A stretch of DNA of 50,477 nucleotides, taken from the sequence record ON185586.1; one strand, 5' to 3'. The notes under the pieces are model-generated. The model was given only the letters and a program-made list of their open reading frames with translations. It had not been told where the DNA came from and ran no database searches. Below, piece by piece: positions 28,919-39,216 of the stretch. Every line of letters begins with the position of its first letter. Positions within the stretch are counted from its first letter, which is position 1. This DNA is from Escherichia phage EC125. The translations under genes were made by a program, and so were the position numbers.

Positions 28919-30916
28919 ATGATTCTAAATATCGAAAAACAAATATCAGCGTTAGGCGAGGCAGTAATAAAAAGCATCCAAGAGCGATTCACGGTTGGCA
29001 ATATAGTGCCTTATCCTTATCAGTGCGTTGCGTATGCTGAGATCGCAAAGCGCATGAAAAACTATGAGCATCCTTTCTTTGTTAAGGCTTCTGTGTCGGC
29101 TGGCAAAACATTGATGTTTGCGATGGTTGCGGCGCAATGCCGCAAAATGGGATTGAAAATGATGGTCCTTGCTCGCCAGGCTGAAATTGTTGATCAGGAT
29201 TCGGAAGAGATCAGCAATCTTGGAGTGCCAAACTCAATCTATTGCGCCGGACTGAAAACAAAAAGCGCATACTTTCCGATCGTGGTCGGTTCTGAGGGCA
29301 CTGTAGTAAACGGATTGTTTAAGTCGTTAGGTGATTATGTTCCGCACGTTATCGGTATTGATGAATGTCACCAGGTGGATTGGGAGGATCTCGCGGACGC
29401 GATAGAAAATAATGAATCTTACCAGCAGATGACCACTAAGAAGGATTTGCCTGTACTGATTGGAGAAGAACAGCAATTTGATTCCAATGGCGATCCAATG
29501 TTCGGAACAGGGCGCACACAGTACACCGTAATAATCATGGAAATGATGCGTAGGTGTCGCGAGGCATACGGGCACGAATTGCGAATATTCGGCATGACTG
29601 GATCTGAGTTTCGCGGCGTGGTTCCAATACTGGTTGAAGATAAGAACAAAAAGGGATTCTGGCGTGAGCAGGTGACTAACATAGACACAAACTACTTAAT
29701 CAAATTCGGTTCGGTAGTGCCAACAAACTTCGGCGACGTAGGCGACCTGGGTTATGACCTTTCAGAGTTCGAAGCCAGTAGCGAGGATGGCGTTTCAGAC
29801 TTTGACGCTAAAACATTGCGCAAGATGGAAGAAAAGATCCATCAAGACGCAACAATGACACAGAAAATCATGGCTAAAGTCCATGAGATATGCAAAGACA
29901 GGAACGGAGTTTTAGTTACATGCGCAGGGGAAAGGCACTGCAAGGAGGCCGCCGCCGCACTGCCGCCAGGCGTTGAATACAGGATCATAACTGGCAAGAC
30001 TGGAGATAATCAGCGTAAAGAGTGGCTGAGGGAGGCATACGAGGGAAAAGTAAAATACATCTTCCAGGTACAGGCGCTTACCACTGGCGTTAACGTTCCG
30101 TTTTGGGATACTTCTGTAATACTGAGAAAGATAGGATCTCTAACATTGCTTATCCAGCTTTTGGGGCGCGGCATGCGACTGCTTAAGCAATGGCACATTG
30201 AGCAGGGATTCAAGAAAAAAGATCATCTTGTATTGGATTTTGCAGGTACTATGGATGAGTTAGGTGATTTGTATTTCGATCCAATCCTTGAGCAAGCGCA
30301 ATTCCAAAAGAGATTTACAAACGGGAAAGAGCCTAAGACTTGTCCGATATGTGGAACGCTAAACAGCTTTTACGCTCGCCGATGTATGCACGTAGACGAT
30401 AACGGGAAGCGATGTGAGCATTTTTGGACTTACAGAATTTGCGAGGACCAGGTAGATCAGAGAACGAAAAAGATAATCAAGCGCGGTTGCGGAACAAAAA
30501 ACGACGTAGTGGCGAGAGTATGCCGTTGTTGCGATATTTCTCTTGTCGATCCTAACGAGAAGTTAAGCGGTAAGCACTACACCAAAAACGATTGGTGCAA
30601 CGTTAAATCTTTCCGCGTTGATATGACGAAAAACCAGAAAGGAATTATTTTTTGCTATGAGCTTGAGGCCAACGGCGACACGTTCAAGGCATACGAAAGA
30701 TTTTTCCCTGAGTCAGAAAGCAACATTTGCCGGACGATATGGAGAAAAATAGCATTGCAGCACATACCGGATCGCAAGATTGCTGGTATGGTGGCGAGCT
30801 ATAGAAATGCTCGTAAAATAATGTCATACGCTCATCACATCATGCCGCCTGTACGCGTAACGCATCGCAAAAACGGCAAAGGTGAGGATAACATTGCAAA
30901 ACGGGAGTTTGTTTAA
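28919..30916 (+). CDS. SF2 helicase with C-terminal zinc-ribbon region
   Basis: 665 aa; Walker A-like SAGKT, DECH box, Cys clusters near C-terminus. Confidence 0.8.
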   Translation: MILNIEKQISALGEAVIKSIQERFTVGNIVPYPYQCVAYAEIAKRMKNYEHPFFVKASVSAGKTLMFAMVAAQCRKMGLKMMVLARQAEIVDQDSEEISNLGVPNSIYCAGLKTKSAYFPIVVGSEGTVVNGLFKSLGDYVPHVIGIDECHQVDWEDLADAIENNESYQQMTTKKDLPVLIGEEQQFDSNGDPMFGTGRTQYTVIIMEMMRRCREAYGHELRIFGMTGSEFRGVVPILVEDKNKKGFWREQVTNIDTNYLIKFGSVVPTNFGDVGDLGYDLSEFEASSEDGVSDFDAKTLRKMEEKIHQDATMTQKIMAKVHEICKDRNGVLVTCAGERHCKEAAAALPPGVEYRIITGKTGDNQRKEWLREAYEGKVKYIFQVQALTTGVNVPFWDTSVILRKIGSLTLLIQLLGRGMRLLKQWHIEQGFKKKDHLVLDFAGTMDELGDLYFDPILEQAQFQKRFTNGKEPKTCPICGTLNSFYARRCMHVDDNGKRCEHFWTYRICEDQVDQRTKKIIKRGCGTKNDVVARVCRCCDISLVDPNEKLSGKHYTKNDWCNVKSFRVDMTKNQKGIIFCYELEANGDTFKAYERFFPESESNICRTIWRKIALQHIPDRKIAGMVASYRNARKIMSYAHHIMPPVRVTHRKNGKGEDNIAKREFV

Positions 30917-31335
30917 TGGCTATAACTGATAAAGGAGATTATCTTGAGTTTTACGAAAGAGATCCAACCGACACGAGAAAGGAAGTTAATCACCAGATAG
31001 ATAGCTTTCAGTGGTTGACTTATGCTCATCCTTATTTGCTAGCGTGGCATACGGTAAACGAGAATGAGAAGTCGAAAGTAACGGCGATGATTGATCAGCA
31101 GTCCGGCTTGGTTAAGGGGGTAAGCGATTTCATCATCCTGATTGGTTCAAACGGAAAATACCCCTTTGCAGCGATTGAGATCAAACGAGTTAATAAATCA
31201 GGCAAGGGGAAAGCATCACCAGTCAGCGATGAACAAAAGGCTTTTTTGCGTCGCGTTCGCAGTTTAGGAGGATTCGCTGCGGTCGCCTACGGATTTAATC
31301 AGTTTAAGTTAGCTATTGAATACATGCTTAAATAG
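30916..31335 (+). CDS. VRR-NUC domain nuclease
   Basis: 139 aa; ...SDFIILIGSNGKYPFAAIEIKR... PD-(D/E)XK-like core; ATGA overlap with helicase stop. Confidence 0.65.
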   Translation: MAITDKGDYLEFYERDPTDTRKEVNHQIDSFQWLTYAHPYLLAWHTVNENEKSKVTAMIDQQSGLVKGVSDFIILIGSNGKYPFAAIEIKRVNKSGKGKASPVSDEQKAFLRRVRSLGGFAAVAYGFNQFKLAIEYMLK

Positions 31336-31351
31336 CACTTTTTGTTAAAAC
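31331..31351 (+). promoter_or_regulatory. 21-bp element with promoter-like module upstream of dam
   Basis: overlaps stop TAG of VRR-NUC gene; hairpin GGCGC...GCGCC; CATAAT at fixed distance. Confidence 0.55.
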
Positions 31352-31414
31352 TGGCGCGATGGATTGCGCCATAATTCAATAACACGAGATAGCTTTTAAT
31401 AGCGGAGAAATGAA

Positions 31415-32140
31415 ATGGCTAAAGATATTTTAGATAAAGACACCCATGACGCATTCGTTAGCTTTGAGCAGTTGGAGAGAGAAACATTTATAGGGAATGC
31501 CCTTGCAACTGGAGGCCATTACCAGGCAGTAAAGCCAAATCAATATTATAAGGTAAGCGGCAACCGATACGCTGGAAGCACTACGCCGGACGTTGTGCGC
31601 GATATGTGGAGCACGCCTCAAGAGATCGTGGAGTGGATGGAATCAGAATTTGGTGAATACGATCTCGACGCGGCAGCAAGCCATGAAAACGCAGTTTGCG
31701 AGAAGTTCTATAGCAAGGAAACAAACTGCTTAAAGCGTTGGTGGGGTAGCAACAAGCACGTATGGCTTAACCCGCCGTACAGCAACCCAACTCCATTTAT
31801 CAAGAAAGCAATTGAGCAAATGGAGCACAACAACCAAATTGATGTTTTGTTGCCATCCGACAACTCTACAGCATGGTTTTATGAGGCGCAGAAAAACGCG
31901 GCTGAAATCATCTGGATCACTGGCGAGGTTTACGAAGAGGGGGGAGTGGAATATTCCCGCACCGGAAGAATCGCCTTTGTGTCTGGATTGACTGGCGAGC
32001 CTGTACAGGGCAACAATAAGGGAAGCGTGATTTTTGTCATGCGCAAACTTAAAGAAGGCGAGGAGCAGAAAACGCGATACGTTAAGATCAGCGATATTTG
32101 CCCCTCTGTAACCGAACGCCGCGCGCGCAAACGGAGCTAA
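31415..32140 (+). CDS. dam: DNA N6-adenine methyltransferase (phage Dam family)
   Basis: 241 aa; NPPY motif (WLNPPYS); DLDAAAS motif. Confidence 0.8.
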   Translation: MAKDILDKDTHDAFVSFEQLERETFIGNALATGGHYQAVKPNQYYKVSGNRYAGSTTPDVVRDMWSTPQEIVEWMESEFGEYDLDAAASHENAVCEKFYSKETNCLKRWWGSNKHVWLNPPYSNPTPFIKKAIEQMEHNNQIDVLLPSDNSTAWFYEAQKNAAEIIWITGEVYEEGGVEYSRTGRIAFVSGLTGEPVQGNNKGSVIFVMRKLKEGEEQKTRYVKISDICPSVTERRARKRS

Positions 32141-32144
32141 CACG

Positions 32145-32402
32145 ATGAAAAAAGAGAGAAGCGTTTATTTAAATGAAACTGGCGAGTGGTTGTTATTTCG
32201 CGCTATGGTGTGCGATGCACTTGATAAAAACCCTAACGTGAAAAAGATGATTGATTGCGATCCGTGGGAATTTTCAAGCGCATTAGATATGAGCTTTGAT
32301 GAGACAAGGAAACTCCCTCTTGAAAAATGGCACGAACAAATCAGAAATGATATGCAAGAGTTTGTAGATTCGTGGAATTTTCAGAACGGAATGATACACT
32401 AA
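32145..32402 (+). CDS. hypothetical protein
   Basis: 85 aa; GGAG RBS. Confidence 0.5.
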   Translation: MKKERSVYLNETGEWLLFRAMVCDALDKNPNVKKMIDCDPWEFSSALDMSFDETRKLPLEKWHEQIRNDMQEFVDSWNFQNGMIH

Positions 32403-32421
32403 TAGCACTTTTTGTTAAAAC
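32401..32421 (+). promoter_or_regulatory. 21-bp element with promoter-like module
   Basis: overlaps stop TAA; hairpin CCCGGC...GTCGGG; CATAAT at fixed distance. Confidence 0.55.
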
Positions 32422-32477
32422 GCCCGGCATTTTGTCGGGCATAATTATTTCATCGAAACGAACGTGAGGAAATGAAA

Positions 32478-32657
32478 ATGGTAGTATATAGCAAGAAAGC
32501 ATTTGACCAGGCGCAACAAGCCGCACGCGAGGCGGTAAAAGGTGGAACGAAAAACAATATGCAGCTTGATTGGGGCGCTGCAATGATTCTACTTCGCGTT
32601 GCATATGGTCACTACCCATTAGAATTTGCGGAGGCATATTATAAGCATGAAGGTTGA
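32478..32657 (+). CDS. hypothetical protein
   Basis: second in-frame ATG chosen for RBS spacing; about 59 aa. Confidence 0.4.
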   Translation: MVVYSKKAFDQAQQAAREAVKGGTKNNMQLDWGAAMILLRVAYGHYPLEFAEAYYKHEG

Positions 32658-32889
32658 GCAAGGTAGAGAGGCGGTATGGAATCACGCTAAAGAATGCGGA
32701 ATAGCCGACGATATAAAGAAGATCGCGCAATACTTTGATATTGCAGATGTGAGCATAATTAGCGGAGATAAGATGACTTTCCTCAAGGAAAGGCCGCGAA
32801 AAATGGTAAGAGTTCCAGCAGTTCCAACAAAAATTGATTTCAAAGAGGCAATGGCTAAAATCCGAGAGCCTCGCAAATATTATAAATGA
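32647..32889 (+). CDS. hypothetical protein
   Basis: about 80 aa; track start is TTG; start uncertain. Confidence 0.4.
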   Translation: MKVEQGREAVWNHAKECGIADDIKKIAQYFDIADVSIISGDKMTFLKERPRKMVRVPAVPTKIDFKEAMAKIREPRKYYK

Positions 32890-32983
32890 GGATAGTTATC
32901 ATGTGGCGCTTGTTTGTTCTACCGTTACCCGTTATCATCGCTGTTACAGTTATGTACCATATAGTGATGAGATAGGTAGCAGA

Positions 32984-34099
32984 ATGAAAAATGTAAAAAT
33001 TACAGATGAGCAATTCAAGATCGAACGGGCGGCGGGTAAGACATATAAACAGATCGCTCAAGAGTACGGAATGAATGTGAGAAGCGTCGAGCGTCGCGCG
33101 GCGCGACTTGCAAAGCAAGGCCAAGTATCCACAATTGGAGCGCCTGGTTTTGGCGTTCATGGTGAGTCAGTAATGACTGACAAAGAAGGCAACATAATCC
33201 TAAAGTGGACTAAAACCAGCAAGGATAAAGAGCAATTAGAAGCATTAATGCGCGCAGCAATGGAGGCATTTAGCGAGGAAGTGCCGCGATTAGATCCGGT
33301 TCCATTACAGGAGCGCGACTATAACGAAACGCTTTCCTTGTATCCGATCTTTGACATGCACTTAGGCGCTATGGCCCATAAGCACGAATGCGGCGAAAAT
33401 TGGGATACTGCCACAGCAGAGCGCGTTATGAATAACTTTATCGACTATGCTTTAATGTGCGCACCGGATAGCGAAAAGGCTGTCATCCTGATTGGTGGCG
33501 ATATGCTGCATAGCGACGGCCTGGAGGCGGTTACACCTGCAAGCGGTCACGTACTGGATCAAGATAGTCGATATGCAAAATTGGTTTACGTTGCCATCCG
33601 TGCAATGCGACGCGCAATCAATAAAATGTTGTTAAAGCATAAACATGTTGAAGTCCAGATCGTAGAGGGCAATCATGACCAATCAGGAATGATTTGGCTA
33701 CGCGCAGCAATGGCGGCAGCATATGAAAACGAGCCGCGCGTTTACGTTGATGTTTCCCCTCGCGTTGTGCACCACACGCAATACGGAAAAACTTTCCTTG
33801 CGTACCATCACGGGCACACAGTGCGTAAACCGGAGGCTTTGCTAATGATGTGCGCGTCAGATTGGCGGGAGGACTTCGGAAACTCAAAAACGATGTATGC
33901 GCACGTAGGGCACTGGCATCACCAGACCGTGACAGAAACGTCGCTTGGCATCGTTGAGGTGCATAGCACCCTGGCGGCAAAAGACGCATACGCAGCGCGC
34001 GGTGGCTGGCGATCTCTACGCCGTGCGGCGGTTATCATTTACGACAAAGAGCATGGAGAGGTTGGGCGATTTGTTCACTATCCAGAAATGATGAATTGA
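32984..34099 (+). CDS. calcineurin-like metallophosphatase with N-terminal HTH-like region
   Basis: ATG at 32984; motifs IFDMHLG, GGDMLH, GNHD; N-terminal ...KTYKQIAQEYGMNVRSVERR... Confidence 0.7.
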   Translation: MKNVKITDEQFKIERAAGKTYKQIAQEYGMNVRSVERRAARLAKQGQVSTIGAPGFGVHGESVMTDKEGNIILKWTKTSKDKEQLEALMRAAMEAFSEEVPRLDPVPLQERDYNETLSLYPIFDMHLGAMAHKHECGENWDTATAERVMNNFIDYALMCAPDSEKAVILIGGDMLHSDGLEAVTPASGHVLDQDSRYAKLVYVAIRAMRRAINKMLLKHKHVEVQIVEGNHDQSGMIWLRAAMAAAYENEPRVYVDVSPRVVHHTQYGKTFLAYHHGHTVRKPEALLMMCASDWREDFGNSKTMYAHVGHWHHQTVTETSLGIVEVHSTLAAKDAYAARGGWRSLRRAAVIIYDKEHGEVGRFVHYPEMMN

Positions 34100-34244
34100 T
34101 GAATTTTTATTTAAATCAATGACAAATTAAATCAAAAACTTGCAAAGGGGCGGCGTTTGTCGCCTCTTTTTTTTGTTTAATTTTTTACCATGTACGTTTA
34201 TCATGCGGTCAATATATTGACTTTAATTAATATGGAGAATAAAA

Positions 34245-34460
34245 ATGAAAGATTTTATTAACGCAGCTACCGCTGGATCTGGCGGTTCATCTATCGCAAG
34301 CGCCGCTACAGGGCAGTTAACCATTGCTATTGCCAGCTTTGTTTTAATGGCTGCATTCGGTGCATGGGGCGCTTACCTTCGCTGGCGTGATAGTAAAAAA
34401 TTCCACGAGGCGATCGAAAAAGGTGATATTCAAAAAGCTATTGAAATCAGGGGCAAGTAA
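34245..34460 (+). CDS. holin (putative)
   Basis: 71 aa; hydrophobic segment and charged C-terminus; directly upstream of endolysin. Confidence 0.6.
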   Translation: MKDFINAATAGSGGSSIASAATGQLTIAIASFVLMAAFGAWGAYLRWRDSKKFHEAIEKGDIQKAIEIRGK

Positions 34461-34951
34461 TGAGCATAAAGAACAGGGTAGCGGCGGCGGCCTTTGGCGT
34501 TGCGGTTGCCTTGACTTCTCCACTTCTTGAAGAGATCGAAGGGGTAAGATACAAGCCATACAAAGATATTGCTGGAGTATGGACGGTTTGCGCAGGAATC
34601 ACCGGACCAGATGTTATCCTGGGGAAAACGTACACTAAAAAAGAGTGTGATGCTTTGTTGGCTAAGCATATCCAGGTTGCTAAAAAGGAAGTTGACAAGC
34701 AAGTTAAGGTTGATATTCCTGATAGTATGCGTGCAGCAATGTACTCATTCACTTACAATGCAGGTGTGGGAGCTTTCAGAAATTCAACAATGCTGAAACT
34801 CATCAACCAGGGGAAATTAAACGAGGCTTGCGATCAGCTTTATCGTTGGACTTATTACCATAACCCAAAAACAGGAAAGCGCGAGAAGTCTAAAGGCTTA
34901 CTTAACAGGCGCAAGGTCGAATACAAATATTGCACAATGGATCTGAAATGA
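34460..34951 (+). CDS. endolysin (lysozyme-like muramidase)
   Basis: 163 aa; lysozyme-like sequence; TAATG overlap with holin. Confidence 0.8.
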   Translation: MSIKNRVAAAAFGVAVALTSPLLEEIEGVRYKPYKDIAGVWTVCAGITGPDVILGKTYTKKECDALLAKHIQVAKKEVDKQVKVDIPDSMRAAMYSFTYNAGVGAFRNSTMLKLINQGKLNEACDQLYRWTYYHNPKTGKREKSKGLLNRRKVEYKYCTMDLK

Positions 34952-35343
34952 TGAAGAAATTTTTAATCGCACCAATCGCAATGGCGGTGATCTTGTCTGG
35001 ATGTTCAAGCGTTACGCCACTGACCGGATTAATCGGCAGTAAGCCGGAAATCACAGCGCAGGCTGGCGCGGAGAACGTGAAGCAGACAGTTGGCATTACA
35101 GCAAGGCAGGACGCCAGCACAAAACAGGAAACCACAATAAAGGAATCTGCGGTTGACAAGGTGGACACGTCCAGCAAGAAGGATTTCACAACATCAACTA
35201 TTCAGGCCAATACCATCAAGGCAGACAAAATTCAGGTCGTGCAGGGTAATAACGGCAGATGGTACGATCCGGTAATCATATGCGTGGTTGTGTTAATTGT
35301 GCTGATTTGTCTTTACTGGAGAGAAAAGAAAAAGGAGGCTTAA
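34948..35343 (+). CDS. unimolecular spanin (T1 gp11-like)
   Basis: N-terminal lipoprotein signal (LSGC) plus C-terminal transmembrane segment; ATGA overlap with endolysin; followed by terminator. Confidence 0.65.
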   Translation: MMKKFLIAPIAMAVILSGCSSVTPLTGLIGSKPEITAQAGAENVKQTVGITARQDASTKQETTIKESAVDKVDTSSKKDFTTSTIQANTIKADKIQVVQGNNGRWYDPVIICVVVLIVLICLYWREKKKEA

Positions 35344-35358
35344 TGCCTCCTTTATTTT
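35332..35358. terminator. bidirectional terminator between lysis cassette and leftward early block
   Basis: AGGAGGCTTAATGCCTCCT flanked by A-run and T-run. Confidence 0.55.
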
Positions 35359-35582
35359 TATGCGTCGGGCCACATATGAGTTTCGTTTGTTGGCTTGTTC
35401 GATTCGTCGTACTGCCTTACTTCAATGCTGCAAGTGTCGCCGTACATTTCTGCAATCTTGCGCTCATTTTCAACCGCCGATTGCTCACTCCAGCCTGAAT
35501 CATTATCGTAAACTGTCGGGATTTCAGAAGAAGATCCATTTGCATGATTGTATACGCGAACTACTAAAAACTTGCTGGACAT
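35358..35582 (-). CDS. hypothetical protein
   Basis: about 74 aa; internal ATG chosen after AAGGAAAAA. Confidence 0.45.
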   Translation of the reverse strand: MSSKFLVVRVYNHANGSSSEIPTVYDNDSGWSEQSAVENERKIAEMYGDTCSIEVRQYDESNKPTNETHMWPDA

Positions 35583-35645
35583 AATTTTTCCTTTTTTGTT
35601 GGTTCGTTTCGATGAAACAAATATACCCGACACAAGGTCGGGAGT

Positions 35646-35666
35646 TTTAACAAAAAATGCTATTCC
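35646..35666 (-). promoter_or_regulatory. 21-bp element with promoter-like module (leftward)
   Basis: minus-strand reading AATAGCATTTTTTGTTAAAAC, hairpin, TATATT. Confidence 0.5.
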
Positions 35667-35780
35667 ATACGCTTTACTGTAACCAATAACACACCATCAT
35701 CATTGCATAAAACGTGTTCAGTGGTGCTAAAAGCTCGCATATCTGAATAAAGTAGCGTAAGTAAAGCATGAATAAAATCA

Positions 35781-36176
35781 TCATGTGATATTGAATTTAC
35801 GGCGCAGTGCTTCAAGATCTTGTCTATTAGCTTTTGCCTGCAACAATTCATCATCGCCCATCTCCCCTATTCTAGCCATATCCCTGATCCAGTCGTTGCG
35901 CATACCATCCAGGCTATAAAATTCGAATCCGAAAGGCCGCTTTGACGATCCTTTGGACCAGTATTTACCGCATACCCCATCTATATAGCCAGCCGTCATC
36001 ATTCTTGCGCAAAATTCCTTAGATGCAAGGCTGGCGAACATTCGCGGAGTAAGTCCGGCGGCCCGTGCGAGCCGCTCACATTCTCTATGCTGATAGATAA
36101 ATTTGGCTATGTGCTGCCTGTTAAACCAGTCGTATGACTCACACCATTTATACAGATCAAGCAAAAACATAATCAT
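35781..36176 (-). CDS. hypothetical protein
   Basis: 131 aa; ATGA overlap with upstream gene. Confidence 0.45.
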   Translation of the reverse strand: MIMFLLDLYKWCESYDWFNRQHIAKFIYQHRECERLARAAGLTPRMFASLASKEFCARMMTAGYIDGVCGKYWSKGSSKRPFGFEFYSLDGMRNDWIRDMARIGEMGDDELLQAKANRQDLEALRRKFNIT

Positions 36177-37753
36177 CCCAGCAGTATTGGATTGACAAAA
36201 ATAACACCATTAATCACACAAACATAATTTCTCTCTTCCAGCATTGGCAGTAAGTGCCCTTCTATCCTTTTCATTACGCCAGCCTGACCAACGAAAGGTT
36301 TTACCTTTCTCGCTGATTCGTACAGGGCGCGGATATTCAGAATCCCTTTATTAGCCTTGCCGTGCCTCGTGATCAATTCAATCAATTTACCCATTTCAGC
36401 ATCATCACCAGCATAACCAGAAGCATTGGCGGCGCTAATGTATGTTTTGCTCAATTCCTGAAACATGATCAACGCCTCTTGCATTGTTTCCACGTCGATC
36501 TCTTTCGACTTCTGCGGGTATCCGGCAGGATTAAACCAGTTACGGATAACATGCAGGACGGAAGCAAGCCTGATCACCTGTTTATCAATTTTACCCAGCG
36601 CACCGCGTAACATTGTATGAGAATACTTTCCTCCGTCTGCAAGATGCGGTTCCATATCCTGGCGAGCAATGTTGAGCACTCGCATAGCTGAACGGCTTAT
36701 TTTCAGCGATATATTTGATTCGCTCATGATGTTATGCACCAATTGATAATATTGGGCTTTCAATTCAGAATCCACCGCCTCATAGGTAGAATCACCATTT
36801 TCATCAATGAATGAGCGACGGCCTAAGAATGATTCCTCTCGGACCAACAAAAAACGCTCACTAACACCGATTCCTCGCGATCCAGCGTCCATGATTCCGC
36901 TTATCGTTTCATCCTGGGCTATGACGCTCATACATCCAAGCGCGCGAAAACTCATATTATTGTCAGCATTAGCACGGGCAATTGATACGTGACCATTATC
37001 CCACGCCTTAAGCACTAACTCACTGTTAGTCTTCCTTTCGCTATTTGCATAGGTCAAGCCTAACAGACTGTTAATACTTGTTGCTTCATCAGATATTACG
37101 GCAAAGTTACCTTGCTTGTTGTTGATTTTCGCCAAGCCTTCTGGAGTTGTATCTGAAACAGGAAAAGTTATATCACACATTTTTTCCAGCTTTTCCTCCA
37201 GATCCTCTTTTTCCTGGTATAGAGATTCCATATCAGCGCCGGATCTTTCGCTTTTCATCTCCTTTGCAAGACCTGCCAGCTTTGCCTGTATTTTCTTTCT
37301 TTCCTTGCGGCGTTGCTCGTTGATCTTCTCAACTTCCGCAATCATCGGAGCAATAGCCATGCTGTTGATCGCAGATTTACCAGTTGACGGCGGCTGGCTT
37401 GTAACGACGTAAAGCGCAGTCGGCTGATCGGTTCCGTGATAGTCAACCGTAAAGCGTCCAAGCATAGCGGCAGAAATGCAGCCGATAAAGTGCATGTAAG
37501 CCGATGATTCAGGGAATTGAACGGATCGCGCAATGCTGCGTGATAACTTGCCGACAACATCAATATCATTACCAAGAGAAATAACGGGGTAGCGATCGTG
37601 ACCGCTATTCACATCCTTTACGTCGCCCCAAAAGCTGGACGACTGGCGATAGCCGTTAGCCTGAATTGATACGCGAACTGGCGAAAGGTTCTGGCTTTCA
37701 GCCATAGCGATTATTTGTTGTGGAGTTAATTTGTTCGTTTCTAATGAAAACAT
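36173..37753 (-). CDS. large hypothetical protein with deviant P-loop (possible DUF3987-type replication NTPase)
   Basis: 526 aa; ...SQPPSTGKS...; AGGAG RBS; family assignment from memory only. Confidence 0.45.
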   Translation of the reverse strand: MFSLETNKLTPQQIIAMAESQNLSPVRVSIQANGYRQSSSFWGDVKDVNSGHDRYPVISLGNDIDVVGKLSRSIARSVQFPESSAYMHFIGCISAAMLGRFTVDYHGTDQPTALYVVTSQPPSTGKSAINSMAIAPMIAEVEKINEQRRKERKKIQAKLAGLAKEMKSERSGADMESLYQEKEDLEEKLEKMCDITFPVSDTTPEGLAKINNKQGNFAVISDEATSINSLLGLTYANSERKTNSELVLKAWDNGHVSIARANADNNMSFRALGCMSVIAQDETISGIMDAGSRGIGVSERFLLVREESFLGRRSFIDENGDSTYEAVDSELKAQYYQLVHNIMSESNISLKISRSAMRVLNIARQDMEPHLADGGKYSHTMLRGALGKIDKQVIRLASVLHVIRNWFNPAGYPQKSKEIDVETMQEALIMFQELSKTYISAANASGYAGDDAEMGKLIELITRHGKANKGILNIRALYESARKVKPFVGQAGVMKRIEGHLLPMLEERNYVCVINGVIFVNPILLG

Positions 37754-37805
37754 TCGTTAGCTTCTCCTTTGTGGGCCGTAAATTTTAACGGCCCAATACT
37801 ACCCC

Positions 37806-37826
37806 GTTTTGTCAAAAAGTGCTATT
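37806..37826 (-). promoter_or_regulatory. 21-bp element with promoter-like module upstream of 526-aa gene (leftward)
   Basis: variant with TTGACA; hairpin GGGCCG...CGGCCC; TAAAAT. Confidence 0.5.
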
Positions 37827-38043
37827 TGATCCGCTCTATTGCAACCAGGAGTCGATCAGGCTGGCGGTCGCTGTAGCATTCTCCTGTAATCCCATCCTTA
37901 AACGTAAAGTAAAGCGCCTTATGATATGAAAAACCAATCAGCCAACCTACCGCCGTTTTTTTGATGGGCCTGACTATATCGCCAGGCTTGAAAGTCTTTG
38001 TGGTAGAATGCGTTACTTTGTAACGGTTTTCACTGTTTATCAC
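37822..38043 (-). CDS. hypothetical protein
   Basis: 73 aa; apparent GTG start overlapping upstream stop. Confidence 0.4.
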   Translation of the reverse strand: MINSENRYKVTHSTTKTFKPGDIVRPIKKTAVGWLIGFSYHKALYFTFKDGITGECYSDRQPDRLLVAIERIK

Positions 38044-38426
38044 AGATATTTGCCCTCAAACAGATAACAGCCGCCAGCAGAGAATCCGACCTCTTCACGG
38101 TACATGTTCCAGCGGTCGCCGCACTCATCAAAAACATAACCCGCAACGCTTCCAAGCGGTCGCCCTTTCTCGATCTGGTATCGCTTGCCCTGCTTAAAGT
38201 GCTTTTTGCACGGCATGTTATGATCTACAAACGTGCAAAGAACGGTCTTTGTGTTAATGGAGCGGTAATCATCTCGGTTTGCTGGAAGCCAACGGCTACC
38301 CTTAACAAGCGTCTTAACCTGGAACTCTTCCACCTCGATCATATCATTACTTCCTGCAATCTTCTGATAAACCGTTTTAAAACGGCCTTTCATCAATACG
38401 TTGGTTTCATTACAGATAACATTCAT
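38040..38426 (-). CDS. hypothetical protein
   Basis: 128 aa; AAGGAG RBS. Confidence 0.5.
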   Translation of the reverse strand: MNVICNETNVLMKGRFKTVYQKIAGSNDMIEVEEFQVKTLVKGSRWLPANRDDYRSINTKTVLCTFVDHNMPCKKHFKQGKRYQIEKGRPLGSVAGYVFDECGDRWNMYREEVGFSAGGCYLFEGKYL

Positions 38427-38480
38427 GATTAGATCTCCTTTGTTTGTTCGATGTGATTATGCCAGGTTTTTACACCTGGC

Positions 38481-38500
38481 TTTTAACAAAAAGTGCTATT
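38481..38500 (-). promoter_or_regulatory. 21-bp element with promoter-like module (leftward)
   Basis: overlaps stop of C5-MTase gene; hairpin CCAGGTG...; CATAAT. Confidence 0.55.
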
Positions 38501-39206
38501 TTGAGTTTGACTCAAAGACTGCGCGAGCAAAGCCGCGCGGAGTGAGGGAGCGGATCATCTTTGTGCGCGATGACTTGCCGCCAGTTTTGGCCCAGCCTGG
38601 ATTATCTTTGTCTTCCTCTTTCGGCAGGATTAAAGCGCGTGGAGGAATAACAAAGCCGTTGCCAGTCCAGAGGCACGTTTTCTTAAAATAGCGATCACGC
38701 GCCGGAATAATATCAGGGAAGTCGGGATGTTTATCATCTTCCGGCAGATAGCCAGCGTAATCGCACGGATGGAACGTATAATCAGGCTTACGCCATAACG
38801 TTGACAACTTGCCAACCGGATTTTCGATCATGTAAGGAACACCGAAATAATCAGCTATATCAGCCGCGATTCTGCAAGTGTCGGCGGCCTCATCCTGGAA
38901 CGATGGATTCTCAAGGCGTTTTTTGACCCAATGGCGAGATCCGCTATTTGCAAGGTCGGTGCAAGGAGGGAACGCCATAATAAAATCAGGATTGCCCCAC
39001 TCATTATTGATTGCCTTAACATAAAAAGCATCATCAATCCAGACGTTAACGTATTCGATATTCTCATGCTGTATGCGCACTGACTGGTAATCACCGTGAT
39101 CGCCACCGTCAGCATTAAAGCAAATGCACTTATATCCATTATCAGCCCAATCTTTAACGGCTTTACCAGATCCATCAAATAGGGAGAATATTAAACCTTT
39201 ATACAT
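38496..39206 (-). CDS. DNA cytosine-C5 methyltransferase
   Basis: ATG at 39206 chosen for RBS spacing; motifs LFDGSG (SAM binding), FPPC (catalytic Cys), ENP (ENV-like). Confidence 0.7.
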   Translation of the reverse strand: MYKGLIFSLFDGSGKAVKDWADNGYKCICFNADGGDHGDYQSVRIQHENIEYVNVWIDDAFYVKAINNEWGNPDFIMAFPPCTDLANSGSRHWVKKRLENPSFQDEAADTCRIAADIADYFGVPYMIENPVGKLSTLWRKPDYTFHPCDYAGYLPEDDKHPDFPDIIPARDRYFKKTCLWTGNGFVIPPRALILPKEEDKDNPGWAKTGGKSSRTKMIRSLTPRGFARAVFESNSK

Positions 39207-39216
39207 CGTCATTACC

